Assembly (NCBI GenBank): GCA_964482225.1
Contig: CAYZWT010000002.1
Span: 86,680 to 150,679, forward strand
DNA: 64,000 nucleotides
Reading direction: 5' to 3'
From: an uncultured Anaerolineales bacterium
GTDB taxonomy: Bacteria; Chloroflexota; Anaerolineae; UBA1429
Part shown: positions 48,045 through 57,419 of the stretch, in pieces
Position numbering within the stretch: position 1 is the stretch's first letter
Layout of the letters: each line of letters begins with the position of its first letter
Made by a program: the position numbers and the translations under genes
Notes under the pieces: generated by a model
Seen by the model: only the letters and a program-made list of their open reading frames with translations
Database searches by the model: none
Told to the model about the DNA's origin: nothing

Positions 48045-48431
48045 TCACACGTTGGTGGCCTGGCGATACAGTGGCCCCATGTAGCCGAGATAGCTCGCCA
48101 GGCTCTGGGCCATCCATTCGTCGCCGCGTAGACGCAGCATCCCCGAAAAATAGGCCGATTCGCCGCTCAGTTTGCCGCTCAGCAGCTTGTCCAGCGTGTC
48201 CGACTTGAGCGTCACGCCGACGCTGGCCTGTGCGGCGCCTTCCTTGGCGCTACTGAACGCGCCTTTCGAGAACGACAGCACATATTCGGCGTTCTCCAGG
48301 TCGGTGACTGTGAACGCCAACGAGGCGTTGGCGTTGGCGATGCGCGCCAGAAACGCATCGTCCTGCTGCAACTCGGCCACTACCTGATCCAGCACGGCGT
48401 AGAGCTGTTCTTTGGTCTGATACTCGGCCAT
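48045..48431 (-). CDS. SCP-2 sterol-transfer family protein
   Basis: LSGKLSGESAYFSGMLRLRGDEWMA matches the SCP2 C-terminal pattern. GGGAGG RBS. Start at MAEYQ. Confidence 0.65.
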   Translation of the reverse strand: MAEYQTKEQLYAVLDQVVAELQQDDAFLARIANANASLAFTVTDLENAEYVLSFSKGAFSSAKEGAAQASVGVTLKSDTLDKLLSGKLSGESAYFSGMLRLRGDEWMAQSLASYLGYMGPLYRQATNV

Positions 48432-48523
48432 GACTACCTCCCTGTGCTTGGGCCCATACGGCTGGGCTCGACTGTACCGCCGTGCGCATTGTAACCGACT
48501 GCGCTGCGCTGCGCAAGCGAGCG

Positions 48524-48552
48524 TTGACATGCCTCGCCGCCGCGCCTATACT
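48524..48552 (+). promoter_or_regulatory. Sigma70-like promoter: TTGACA, 17-nt spacer, TATACT, upstream of argJ
   Basis: Near-consensus hexamers about 40 nt upstream of the argJ ATG. Confidence 0.55.
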
Positions 48553-48593
48553 CGACGCCAGTTACGCAGCATCCCCTTTAGGAGGTCGTGCAG

Positions 48594-49826
48594 ATGGCCC
48601 ATCGCGTGCGCGTTATCGAGGACGGTTCCGTCACCTCCACCCCAGGGTTCGAGGCCGCCGGCGTGGCTGCCGGGATCAAGGCCGGGGGCGCCCCCGACTT
48701 GGCGCTGGTGCGCTCAGTCAGGCCGTGTGCGGCGGCGGCGGTGTTCACCACCAACCTGTTCCAGGCCGCGCCCGTGCTCTATGATCGCGCATTGTTGGGG
48801 CGCAATCCCCTTGGGTTACGGGGCGTGGTGATCAACAGCGGATGCGCCAATGCCTGCACGGGCGAGCAGGGTCTGCGCGACGCCGAGGCGACGGCTGCCG
48901 CCGCCGCCCAACACGCCGGCGGTTCGGCCAACGACTATATGGTCATGTCCACCGGCGTCATTGGGCAACCCTTGCCTATGGGCAAGCTGCTTCCGGGCGT
49001 ACAAGCCGCCGCCCAGGCGCTCGAGAGCACGGTAGAGGCCGGGCATCGCGCGGCTCGCGCCATCATGACCACCGACACGGTGCCCAAGGAGGTGGCCGTC
49101 TATGTCGAGAGCGACACGGGCGGGTTTACCGTGGCAGGCATGGCCAAGGGCGCGGGCATGATCAGCCCCAATATGGCAACCCTGCTGGTGGTGTTCACCA
49201 CCGACGCGTGCATCGCCCCCGGGCTCGCCCAACAGGCGCTGGCGGCGGCGGTGGGCGTTAGCCTGAATATGATCACCATAGATGGCGATATGAGCACCAA
49301 CGACACGGCGCTGTTGTTGGCCAATGGCCTGGCCGAGATGCCCGACATCGTCTCTACCGACGCTCCCGAGTACGCAGCCTTTGTGGAGGGACTCACAGAC
49401 GTGGCCGTCGCGCTCGCCAAGGGGCTGGTGCGCGATGGCGAGGGCGCCACGCGCTTTATCGAGATCCGCGTCAGCGAGGCGGCCAGCTTGGCCGAGGCGC
49501 GCCAGGTGGGCATGGCCGTCGCCAACTCGTCCCTGGTCAAGACCGCCGTCTATGGCCAGGACGCCAACTGGGGCCGCATTATCTGCGCCGTGGGCTATGC
49601 TGGCGTCCCCCTGGACCCCTACGCGGTGCGGGTCTGGCTGGGCGATCTGGAACTGGTGCGCGACGGAGGGCCGTATCAGGTGGACGAGGCGCGGGCCTCC
49701 GAGATCCTGGCCCAGAACGATATTCCCATCCGCATTGCTCTGGGCCGTGGCAACGCCGAGGCCACCATCTGGACCAGCGACCTCTCCCATGCTTATGTGG
49801 ATATCAACGCCCACTACCGCACCTGA
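48594..49826 (+). CDS. argJ: Bifunctional ornithine acetyltransferase / N-acetylglutamate synthase
   Basis: ArgJ family blocks, including the self-cleavage-site region ...ATLLVVFTTDA (equivalent to ATML). AGGAGG RBS 8 nt upstream of the ATG. Confidence 0.85.
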   Translation: MAHRVRVIEDGSVTSTPGFEAAGVAAGIKAGGAPDLALVRSVRPCAAAAVFTTNLFQAAPVLYDRALLGRNPLGLRGVVINSGCANACTGEQGLRDAEATAAAAAQHAGGSANDYMVMSTGVIGQPLPMGKLLPGVQAAAQALESTVEAGHRAARAIMTTDTVPKEVAVYVESDTGGFTVAGMAKGAGMISPNMATLLVVFTTDACIAPGLAQQALAAAVGVSLNMITIDGDMSTNDTALLLANGLAEMPDIVSTDAPEYAAFVEGLTDVAVALAKGLVRDGEGATRFIEIRVSEAASLAEARQVGMAVANSSLVKTAVYGQDANWGRIICAVGYAGVPLDPYAVRVWLGDLELVRDGGPYQVDEARASEILAQNDIPIRIALGRGNAEATIWTSDLSHAYVDINAHYRT

Positions 49827-49854
49827 GTGGGGTAGTGGGCGCGCGGCTGCCCTA

Positions 49855-50679
49855 TCAGTGGGCGGCCATCCAGGCGGTGATGCGGGCCATGAACGCCTCC
49901 CAGCGGTCGCGCTGGACGTTGTGGCCCGCTCCGGCGATGTGGATCAGTTGCCCATCGCGCCAGATGCCCGTGGCCTGCACGGCGGCATCCCAGCCGCTAT
50001 GGGAATCCAGATGAGGCTCGGCCACCAAAAGCAGCATGGGACACTGGATGGCAGCAAAGATCTTTTGCCAGGGCCGCTTTTCCTGGGCAAAGAAACGCCC
50101 GTACTCGGGCGAGACCTGTAGCTTGCTCTCGGCCCAGGGCTGTAGCTCTTCCTCATGCCATCCGGGGCTCTCCTCGCGACATCGCGCGATCAGCCCATCG
50201 AGGCCCAGCGCCTGCGTCTCGATCATGCGGGCGCGCGATTGGGCGATGCGCTCGGCGGCCTGCTCTGCCGAGCCGCGATAGGGGCCTGCGTTCGAGATAA
50301 AGCCCGAGTCGATCACCACCAGGCTGCGGGGCAGCTCTGGGAAATCGGCGGCGCAGTTTGCCGAGATCTCGCCGCCCATCGAGTGCCCGATGAGGTGCGG
50401 CCTCTCGATGCCCAAGCCGCGAATCAGCCCGGCCAGGTCAGCCGCCGATTGGCGGGGACCATAGTCCTCGGCGGGCTTGTCCGAGAGGCCGTGGCCCCGG
50501 GCGTCCACCATGATCACGTCATAGTCGCTCTCCAGCGCCCGCGCCGTGCGGCTCCAACAGAGGCCGCTGTCGGTGGCCCCGTGGGAGAGCACCACGGGCG
50601 GCCTGGAGCCGTCGCCCGTGCGCCAGTAGTGCATCCGAATCCCGTTCGTTTCGACGAACCCATCGCGCCAGTTACCCAT
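49855..50679 (-). CDS. Alpha/beta hydrolase (copy 1 of a tandem pair)
   Basis: HGxxxS, GHSMGG nucleophile elbow and a C-terminal GHN block. AAGGAG RBS. Confidence 0.75.
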   Translation of the reverse strand: MGNWRDGFVETNGIRMHYWRTGDGSRPPVVLSHGATDSGLCWSRTARALESDYDVIMVDARGHGLSDKPAEDYGPRQSAADLAGLIRGLGIERPHLIGHSMGGEISANCAADFPELPRSLVVIDSGFISNAGPYRGSAEQAAERIAQSRARMIETQALGLDGLIARCREESPGWHEEELQPWAESKLQVSPEYGRFFAQEKRPWQKIFAAIQCPMLLLVAEPHLDSHSGWDAAVQATGIWRDGQLIHIAGAGHNVQRDRWEAFMARITAWMAAH

Positions 50680-50751
50680 GTCTAGCTCCTTGTGTGTATG
50701 TGCTGCGCATGCAGGAGTAGCCCCATATCGAAACGCGCCCCCTTGGTGGCG

Positions 50752-51576
50752 TCAGTGGGCGGCCATCCAGGCGGTGATGCGGGCCATGAATGCCTCCCAG
50801 CGATCGCGCTGGACGTTGTGGCCCGCTCCGGCGATGTGTATCAGTTGGCCCTCGCGCCAAATGCCCGTGGCCTGCACGGCGGCATCCCAGGCGGTATGTG
50901 AGTGACGCTCTGGGTCCCCCACCAGCAACAGCATGGGGCATTGGATGGCCGCCAGGGTCTCTTGCCAGGGGCGCTTGGCCTCGGTGAAAAAGAGCCGCCC
51001 ATTCAGCGATGCTTGCAGCTTGGACTCGGCCCAGGGCTCCAGCTCGTCTTTGTGCCAGCCGGGGTTCTCGATGCGGCAGCGGGCGATCAACTCCTCCAGG
51101 GTGCTCGCCTGCATCTCGCGCATAGCGGCCTGCATGCCGGCGATGCGTTGCCCCGCCTCCTCCGGCGATACGGCATAGCGTCCGCCGTTGGAGATGAATC
51201 CCGAATCTATGACCACCAGGCTACGGGGCAGCTCGGGGAAATCGGCGGCGCAATTGGCCGAGATCTCGCCGCCCATCGAGTGTCCGATGAGGTGCGGCTT
51301 TTCGATGCCCAGCGCCCGAATGAGCCCGGCCAGATCGGCGGCGGAGACGCGGGGGCCATAGCCCTGGTCGGGCGCATCCGAGAGGCCGTGGCCCCGGGCG
51401 TCCACCATGATCACGTCATAGGCGGCCTCTAGCGCCCGCGCCGTGCGGCTCCAACAGCGCCCGCTGTCTGCGCCCCCGTGCGAGAGCACCACGGGCGGCT
51501 TGGAGCCATCCCCCGTGCGCCAGTAGTGCATGCGGATTCCGTTCGTCTCGACATAACTAGATTGCCATGCGTTCAT
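50752..51576 (-). CDS. Alpha/beta hydrolase (copy 2 of a tandem pair), about 75-80% identical in amino acids to copy 1
   Basis: Same motifs as copy 1. GGGAGGAAG RBS. The last 30 residues are identical in both copies. Confidence 0.75.
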   Translation of the reverse strand: MNAWQSSYVETNGIRMHYWRTGDGSKPPVVLSHGGADSGRCWSRTARALEAAYDVIMVDARGHGLSDAPDQGYGPRVSAADLAGLIRALGIEKPHLIGHSMGGEISANCAADFPELPRSLVVIDSGFISNGGRYAVSPEEAGQRIAGMQAAMREMQASTLEELIARCRIENPGWHKDELEPWAESKLQASLNGRLFFTEAKRPWQETLAAIQCPMLLLVGDPERHSHTAWDAAVQATGIWREGQLIHIAGAGHNVQRDRWEAFMARITAWMAAH

Positions 51577-51828
51577 GTGCTTCCTCCCAAACGTTTGCCG
51601 GAGTGTAGGTCGCGCGAGAGAGGTCGTCAACCGCGAGGGGTCTCGATGAGGCAGGCGGCCAGCCGAGAGCGAGGGGGTGGGCGAGACGCGAAAACAGCCG
51701 ATTGCCCCGCGAGCGGACCGCATGCGCAAGGGAGGCCCTATCGCCGGCTACTGTCATCCGGTAAAGCTTGCTCGGCGGTAAACGTCACGATGCTCTGCAG
51801 CGTCACGGCAAAGCGCCCGCCTGGTCGC

Positions 51829-52557
51829 TTACCAGCCCAGGGCCAGCCGGGAGATCAGGCGGCCTGGCAGGCCCACCGCGCGCATGTGCTCCTGCGTGCG
51901 CTCAATGGGATAGGCCACCCGCCGATGCTCGACCGTGAGCGTATCGGTCTCGACCAACAGATAGGCGGCGCGCGGGTCGCCATCGCGAGGCTGGCCCACG
52001 CTGCCCGGGTTCACGATGTACTGCCCTTGATCCAGGGTCAGGGGCTCGTTTTCGGGCAGGGCCAGCATCTGGGTAAGAGAGTTCTCTTCCGGCTGCCAAA
52101 AGACAACGGGCATGTGCGTGTGCCCCACCAGGCAGATCGAGGTCTCCAGATAGGGGAAATTGAGGGTCGCGGTGCTGGCGTAGAACAAGTACTCCCAGAT
52201 GGGGTAGCGTGGGCTGCCGTGGGCCAGGGTGATCTCGCCGGCGACCCGGGTCTCGGGCAGCTCCTCCAGGTAGTGGCGAGCCTCTTCAGAGAGCTGCTCG
52301 CGGGTCCAGAGATTGGCCGCGCGAGCGTCGTTGTTGAAATCCTCGAGATCGAGCCGCCCCAACACGCCCCAGTCATGGTTGCCGGGGATGGCGAGATGCT
52401 CGTATGTGCGGATGGTGGCGATGCAAGCCTCGGGATCTGGCCCATAGCCCACAACATCCCCCAGCGACCAAAGCATGTCAAACGACCCTGCATCCTCCAG
52501 GACGGCATTCAGGGCGTGGATGTTGGCATGGATATCGGACACGACCAGTACGCGCAT
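51829..52557 (-). CDS. Metallophosphoesterase (calcineurin-like, YfcE/MJ0936-type)
   Basis: MRVLVVSDIHAN...GDVVGYGP...GNHD...GHTH are the canonical phosphoesterase motifs. GGGAGGAG RBS. Confidence 0.8.
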   Translation of the reverse strand: MRVLVVSDIHANIHALNAVLEDAGSFDMLWSLGDVVGYGPDPEACIATIRTYEHLAIPGNHDWGVLGRLDLEDFNNDARAANLWTREQLSEEARHYLEELPETRVAGEITLAHGSPRYPIWEYLFYASTATLNFPYLETSICLVGHTHMPVVFWQPEENSLTQMLALPENEPLTLDQGQYIVNPGSVGQPRDGDPRAAYLLVETDTLTVEHRRVAYPIERTQEHMRAVGLPGRLISRLALGW

Positions 52558-52776
52558 CGCTCCTCCCTCTTGCGTGGCAGCTTTCGCGCAGTGTAGCATA
52601 CATCGTGCGCGCAAGCCAGCGTTCGCGCGCGCCACGGAGGGCTTGGCTGGTATGTCGCGAAGCCAGGAGGAACCGAACCGCGCAATGGGCAACACGGGCC
52701 TGGACATGGCGACCCCATATCAGAAAGCGGCATGGACGACGCCGATCATCGTCCATGCCGCTCGATATGCGCTCTC

Positions 52777-53193
52777 CTAGAAGAGCTGGCCAAACTCGTC
52801 TACGCGCCCGATCCATTCCAGGCCGGTGGGGGGATGCTCCAAGTGTACGTGGTAGACGCGCGGCGACTGGTTGTCTGCCCTGGCGGTAACGCAGATGCGC
52901 CAGCTCTCGGCCAGGTAGCAGTAGCCGCCAGCCCCGTCCAGGGCGTCGCCTGCCAGCGGCTCGACCGTCCAGCGGATGCCCGGCGCGGGCGCCGCACTGC
53001 CGTGGGTGGCGCTCAAGTGCGCCAGCACGGCATCCAGCGTTACGATGTATCCGGCGCCCGAGGGCAGCTCTGGCTGGGGAGGTAGCGTGGGCGCGGGTTC
53101 TGCCTGCGGCTCGGCAAACACCGGCAGGGCGGCGGCCAGCGGCAGTAGACACACGAGCACCAAGGCAACGAGCAGATAGCGTTCGCCGTTCAT
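52777..53193 (-). CDS. Hypothetical small secreted protein
   Basis: Signal peptide MNGERYLLVALVLVCLLPLAAALPVFA. AAGGAGG RBS. No family recognised. Confidence 0.5.
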   Translation of the reverse strand: MNGERYLLVALVLVCLLPLAAALPVFAEPQAEPAPTLPPQPELPSGAGYIVTLDAVLAHLSATHGSAAPAPGIRWTVEPLAGDALDGAGGYCYLAESWRICVTARADNQSPRVYHVHLEHPPTGLEWIGRVDEFGQLF

Positions 53194-53342
53194 GGCCACC
53201 TCCTTGCAGGATATCACTGGACATCGGCGCGTACTTGACTGACGTCCATGATAACACCCAGGTTCCCCTGGGGACACGCTCATCTGGCCAGTTTCCTCCT
53301 GGCCAGATGGGTAGGGAGGCGATGAGCGCTGTTCGCCGGGGA

Positions 53343-55595
53343 TCAGCAGGAGGCGGGAGGCGCCGGGGGTGTATCGGGGACGGGATGTCTCTCGCGATAG
53401 AGCAACTTGACTTGGCGGCGCACCCAGGAGAGAGCCAGCGACTCATGGCGGCGACAGAGCAGTACCGAGCAGGGGGCCTTGTCGGCGATCCAGTCGTCCA
53501 CAGCGCCAAAGAGCTGGCGGCTGAGGGGCCATTCCTCTGACGCGCCAATGACCACCAGATCGTAGGCCACCCGGCCGGTCTCCTCCAGGATCCCGTCGGC
53601 GACCGAACGCGCCTGGGTGACCTGGGGCGACCAGATCTCGAGCACCTGGCCCAGCTCTTCCTCTAGCGTCTCCTGCAAGATGGCCAGATTGTCCTCGACA
53701 TCGTCGCTCTCGACAGAAGCGGTGATCACGCGCAGGGCCGTGATCTGGGCGCGGGTGGAAAGGGCGATCTCTTGCGCCAGGTGGATGGCCAGGCGCGAAT
53801 GCGGGCCGCCGCCCACCGGCACCAGGATGCGACGAATCTGGCGCAGGCCGCGATCCAGCAACACCGCCACATGGGTGGGGGCGTGTTGCAGGATGCGCTT
53901 GACCGGGTTGGCGGCCAGTTGGGTGGGGTTGAGGGGCGTGGGCCAGCCCGCCAGCAGCAAGCGCACGTTCTCTCGCTGGCACACTTCTGCCAGGATGCCC
54001 TCATCCACGGTGGCTGCTTCACGTATCTTGACATAAAATGCCACATTGCGCGCCTGGGCCTCGCGATACACCGGGCCGAGCACGCCCGCCGGGCCTCGCG
54101 CTGAGCGGCCAGAGCCGCTCGCCGGGGTGCTCTCTGCCGTCTGGATGGCCAGCGCGCAGATGTAGCTGTCGGGGTCGCTTTGGGCCAGAATCGAGCCGAT
54201 GTGCACCAGGCTGCGGGCGGTATCGGGGTTGTCGGCGGCGATGATGATACAGTCGTCCTGGATGGGGGCGGGGCCTCTGCGCGCGCTCAAGAAACGGCTG
54301 ATGCGCCCGCGCAGCACAAACGGGATGGCGAACAGAGCCAGCACACCCGCTCCGAAAGCCAGCGCCCGGGGCGCGGCAAAAGCGATCAGCAGCAGGCAGA
54401 CGCCGCCCGCGATATAGACCGTGGCGGGAAAGAAAGGCGCGCGAAAGGGCCGTCGCAGGTCGGGATACTGCTTGCGCAGCCGGATCATCGAGAGGTTGCC
54501 CCAGAAGAGGACAAAGAGATAGCCGGCGCTGGAGATGTAGCTCAGGAAATCTACCTTTCGGCTGAGGGCCACCAGGATGCTCATAAGGCCGATGGCCAGC
54601 ACGGCCATGTGGGGTGTGCGGAAGCGGCTCAGCTTGGAAAAAGCGCGGGGCCACACGCCGTCGCGGCTGAGGGTGAATGCCTCACGGGTGGCGCTGAGCA
54701 TGGCGCTGTTCACCGAGGTCAGGGTGGCCACCATGCCCGCTACGGCCATCAGGGGCGCGCCTATGCCCGGCATAAAGCGGCGCGCAGCGTCGGTCAGGGC
54801 CGTCTCCGAGCCTGCTAGCTCGCCAAAGGGCAACGCGCCCAGGGTGACGAACGAGGTTGCCACATAGATGATGGTGCACGCCGTCAGGCTGATCAGGATG
54901 CCCCGGGGGATGTTGCGGTCCGGGTTGCGGATCTCTTCGGCGTCGTCGGCAATGACCTCAAAGCCCACATAGGCGTTGTACACCAACGCAATGGTCACCA
55001 ACAGGCGCCCCAGGCGCGGCAGGGTGCGCTGGTCGGCAAAGACAGCATTGGCGGCGCTATAGGTGCTCCACGAAAAGCCCTGGGGGTGGGTCAGGCCAAC
55101 GATGATGTAGGCGGCAAAGACCGCCAGCAAGAGGCCGCCCAGGACGATCTGGAGGTTGCCCACGCTGGTAACGCCCAGGACATTGAGCACCACAAAGACC
55201 AGAATCACCGCGGCTGCCACCGGAACCAGGGGTGCGGCGGGAAAGAACACCTGTAGCGAATAGGCAAAGCCCACTGCCGAGAGCGCGGCATAGAACGTGC
55301 TGGAGGCGCAGTCCATCGAGCCCACCAGGAAAGAGAGGATGCCGCTGCCAAAACTCTCGCGCACATAGCTCATGGCGCCGCCCGCCACCGGGTAGGAGGT
55401 GGCCAGCTCACAGTAGTTGAGGGCGATGGCATAGCTCAGCAGGCCGCCCAGCAGCAAGGCCAGCACGGTATCGGCGCCGGAGCGCGCGGCCGCGTGTCCG
55501 GTGAGCACAAAAATCTCGGCGGCCAGGGTACCTGCTGTGCCCAGCATGACCACCTGCAACAGATTGAGTTGACGTTTGAGCTTTCTCTTGGCCAT
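53343..55595 (-). CDS. Fusion of an APC-family amino acid permease with two C-terminal universal stress protein (UspA) domains
   Basis: 12-TM permease with APC N-terminal blocks. C-terminal region of about 280 aa has two Usp-like alpha/beta domains (VLVPVGGGPHSRLA...VIGASEE). Start codon is uncertain because the RBS lies too close. Confidence 0.7.
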   Translation of the reverse strand: MAKRKLKRQLNLLQVVMLGTAGTLAAEIFVLTGHAAARSGADTVLALLLGGLLSYAIALNYCELATSYPVAGGAMSYVRESFGSGILSFLVGSMDCASSTFYAALSAVGFAYSLQVFFPAAPLVPVAAAVILVFVVLNVLGVTSVGNLQIVLGGLLLAVFAAYIIVGLTHPQGFSWSTYSAANAVFADQRTLPRLGRLLVTIALVYNAYVGFEVIADDAEEIRNPDRNIPRGILISLTACTIIYVATSFVTLGALPFGELAGSETALTDAARRFMPGIGAPLMAVAGMVATLTSVNSAMLSATREAFTLSRDGVWPRAFSKLSRFRTPHMAVLAIGLMSILVALSRKVDFLSYISSAGYLFVLFWGNLSMIRLRKQYPDLRRPFRAPFFPATVYIAGGVCLLLIAFAAPRALAFGAGVLALFAIPFVLRGRISRFLSARRGPAPIQDDCIIIAADNPDTARSLVHIGSILAQSDPDSYICALAIQTAESTPASGSGRSARGPAGVLGPVYREAQARNVAFYVKIREAATVDEGILAEVCQRENVRLLLAGWPTPLNPTQLAANPVKRILQHAPTHVAVLLDRGLRQIRRILVPVGGGPHSRLAIHLAQEIALSTRAQITALRVITASVESDDVEDNLAILQETLEEELGQVLEIWSPQVTQARSVADGILEETGRVAYDLVVIGASEEWPLSRQLFGAVDDWIADKAPCSVLLCRRHESLALSWVRRQVKLLYRERHPVPDTPPAPPASC

Positions 55596-55685
55596 TCCTT
55601 GCCTAGCGATTCCGGAGCGCCTGGCCCCGAAGAGATCTGATCACCAGAGAGCGCCCTGCAATGCGGCAATGCAGGGACGAGAGCT

Positions 55686-57071
55686 CTAGAGCGGGTCGGG
55701 CGTCGGCTCCAGCAGGGCGCCCGCAGCGCGCAGGTTGTCCCGCAGGGCCTGCACGTCCAGCGCGCGGGGTGTGCCGCCGCCCAGGGCCGCCATAGCGGCA
55801 GCCGTGCCGGCGGCCTGCCCCGCCACCATGCAGCAGACGGTGTTGCGGGTGCTGTTGTGGGCCGCCAGGTCCACCGTCATCATGCGCCCGGCGATGAGCA
55901 GGTTCTGCACGCCTTGCGGGATCAGCGCCCGATAGGGGATGCCATAGGCGCCGCCATCGCGCACGAAATAGCGGCTGTTGTCAATGAACGAAAAGCAGCC
56001 GATCTGGTCATCGAACTGGCGTCCTTTTGTGCAATCCTCCTGGGTCAGCTCGTATTCGCAGCGGATGGCCAAGCCACGCCGCTGTCCGGCATAGGGGGCC
56101 GGACCCGCCGCATAGCACTGCTCGCAGCCGGCAAAGCTCTCTCGGAAAAAATCGGCGATCTCGAACATGCGCGCCCGCAGGTCAATCTCGGCCTCGGTGA
56201 GCATCTCGGCGCTCATGCCGTCATTGGGGCCGTGGTTGATGCAGTTCATGTAGGTGATCTCGCGGGGGCGCAGCGACGACGACAAAAAGTAGCCGGGGAT
56301 GCCCACCGCACCCTGGGCCTGCAGCTTGCGCATGTCAATCCCCAGCCGCACCAGGTCTGGCTCGTATGCGCCGGGCTTGACGGCATGGGCGATCTGGGTG
56401 ATCAGCCCCTTGGCCTCCAGATCGGCTTCGAGGGCTTGCAGATCCACATTGCACAGGCGAAAGGTAAAGCCGGCGGAATAGGCGCCCGGGTCGCCGGGGC
56501 CAAAGCGCTGGCAGGGAGCGCCCGCTCCCGCCGCTACATCGCCATCGCCGGTGCAATCCACCACCTGCTTGGCGCGTAGCAGGGCGCGCCCCGCCTTGTT
56601 CCATAGCACCAATCCCGTGATGAGGCCCGCAGCGTCGGTGCGCACCTCGTCAATGACCGTGTGCAGCAACAATTCCACGCCCGCTTCGCGGCAGATGCCA
56701 AAGAGGGCCGACTTGGCAACCTCGGGCTCGACAGGGGTGAGCATGCTGACGAAATCGCCGCCCCGCTCCATGCGAATGTGGCCCAGCCCGCCGCCTGCCG
56801 CCTGGATGCGATCGACCAGCTCTTGGGCAATGCCTGCCGCAACCCGCTTGCGCTCAAAGCCGGGGGGCACATCAAAGATGTTGAAAAAGCTGTGCCAGCC
56901 CGTGGCGCCCATGACGCCCAGGCCGCCCAGAAAGCCGTTCTTTTCCACCAGTAGCGTGCGCGCCCCCGAGCGTGCCGCTGCCACCGCCGCCGTCACACCG
57001 GCCAGCCCACCGCCCGCCACCAGCACGTCGTATTCGCGGTAGCGCGTTTCGTCCACCATATTGCCGCTCAT
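55686..57071 (-). CDS. FAD-dependent oxidoreductase (PF12831-like)
   Basis: YDVLVAGGGLAGVTAAVAAARSGARTLLVEKN is the dinucleotide-binding motif. GGGGGAG RBS. The tool's upstream 310-aa extension is antisense to the ADH gene and was discarded. Confidence 0.7.
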   Translation of the reverse strand: MSGNMVDETRYREYDVLVAGGGLAGVTAAVAAARSGARTLLVEKNGFLGGLGVMGATGWHSFFNIFDVPPGFERKRVAAGIAQELVDRIQAAGGGLGHIRMERGGDFVSMLTPVEPEVAKSALFGICREAGVELLLHTVIDEVRTDAAGLITGLVLWNKAGRALLRAKQVVDCTGDGDVAAGAGAPCQRFGPGDPGAYSAGFTFRLCNVDLQALEADLEAKGLITQIAHAVKPGAYEPDLVRLGIDMRKLQAQGAVGIPGYFLSSSLRPREITYMNCINHGPNDGMSAEMLTEAEIDLRARMFEIADFFRESFAGCEQCYAAGPAPYAGQRRGLAIRCEYELTQEDCTKGRQFDDQIGCFSFIDNSRYFVRDGGAYGIPYRALIPQGVQNLLIAGRMMTVDLAAHNSTRNTVCCMVAGQAAGTAAAMAALGGGTPRALDVQALRDNLRAAGALLEPTPDPL

Positions 57072-57419
57072 AGCTCCCCCTCTGCGTTGACGCCGCTCTC
57101 TGCATCTATTGTGACACCGACCTGCCCGCGACGCAAGTGAGCGGGTCGAAATACACAACTGCCGCGTAGTGGTTGGAACGAAAGCGGCGTGCAGCGCTTT
57201 ACGCACCGCCCCTTCTGGGGTATGCTTGTGCCGCGAATGACAGTGATGCAGGAGGCAAGCCATGGCCCGCAGCGCGCACGACGTCGAGACGGACGAGATC
57301 GTACCCAATCTGGGTACGGCGGAGGCGCCTTCGCCCCTGGCCGATGCCCTGTTCGGCAGGGCGCGGGGATCTACGGGATAGTAGAGAGCACTTGTTCGTG
57401 CAGAGCTAGGAGGCCCTGA

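Larger units (their letters stand above)
49855..51576 (-). repeat. Tandem gene duplication of about 0.9 kb per unit. The 3' ends have about 140 nt of nearly identical DNA
   Basis: Direct comparison of nt 49855-49995 with 50752-50892 shows only a handful of mismatches. Confidence 0.8.
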
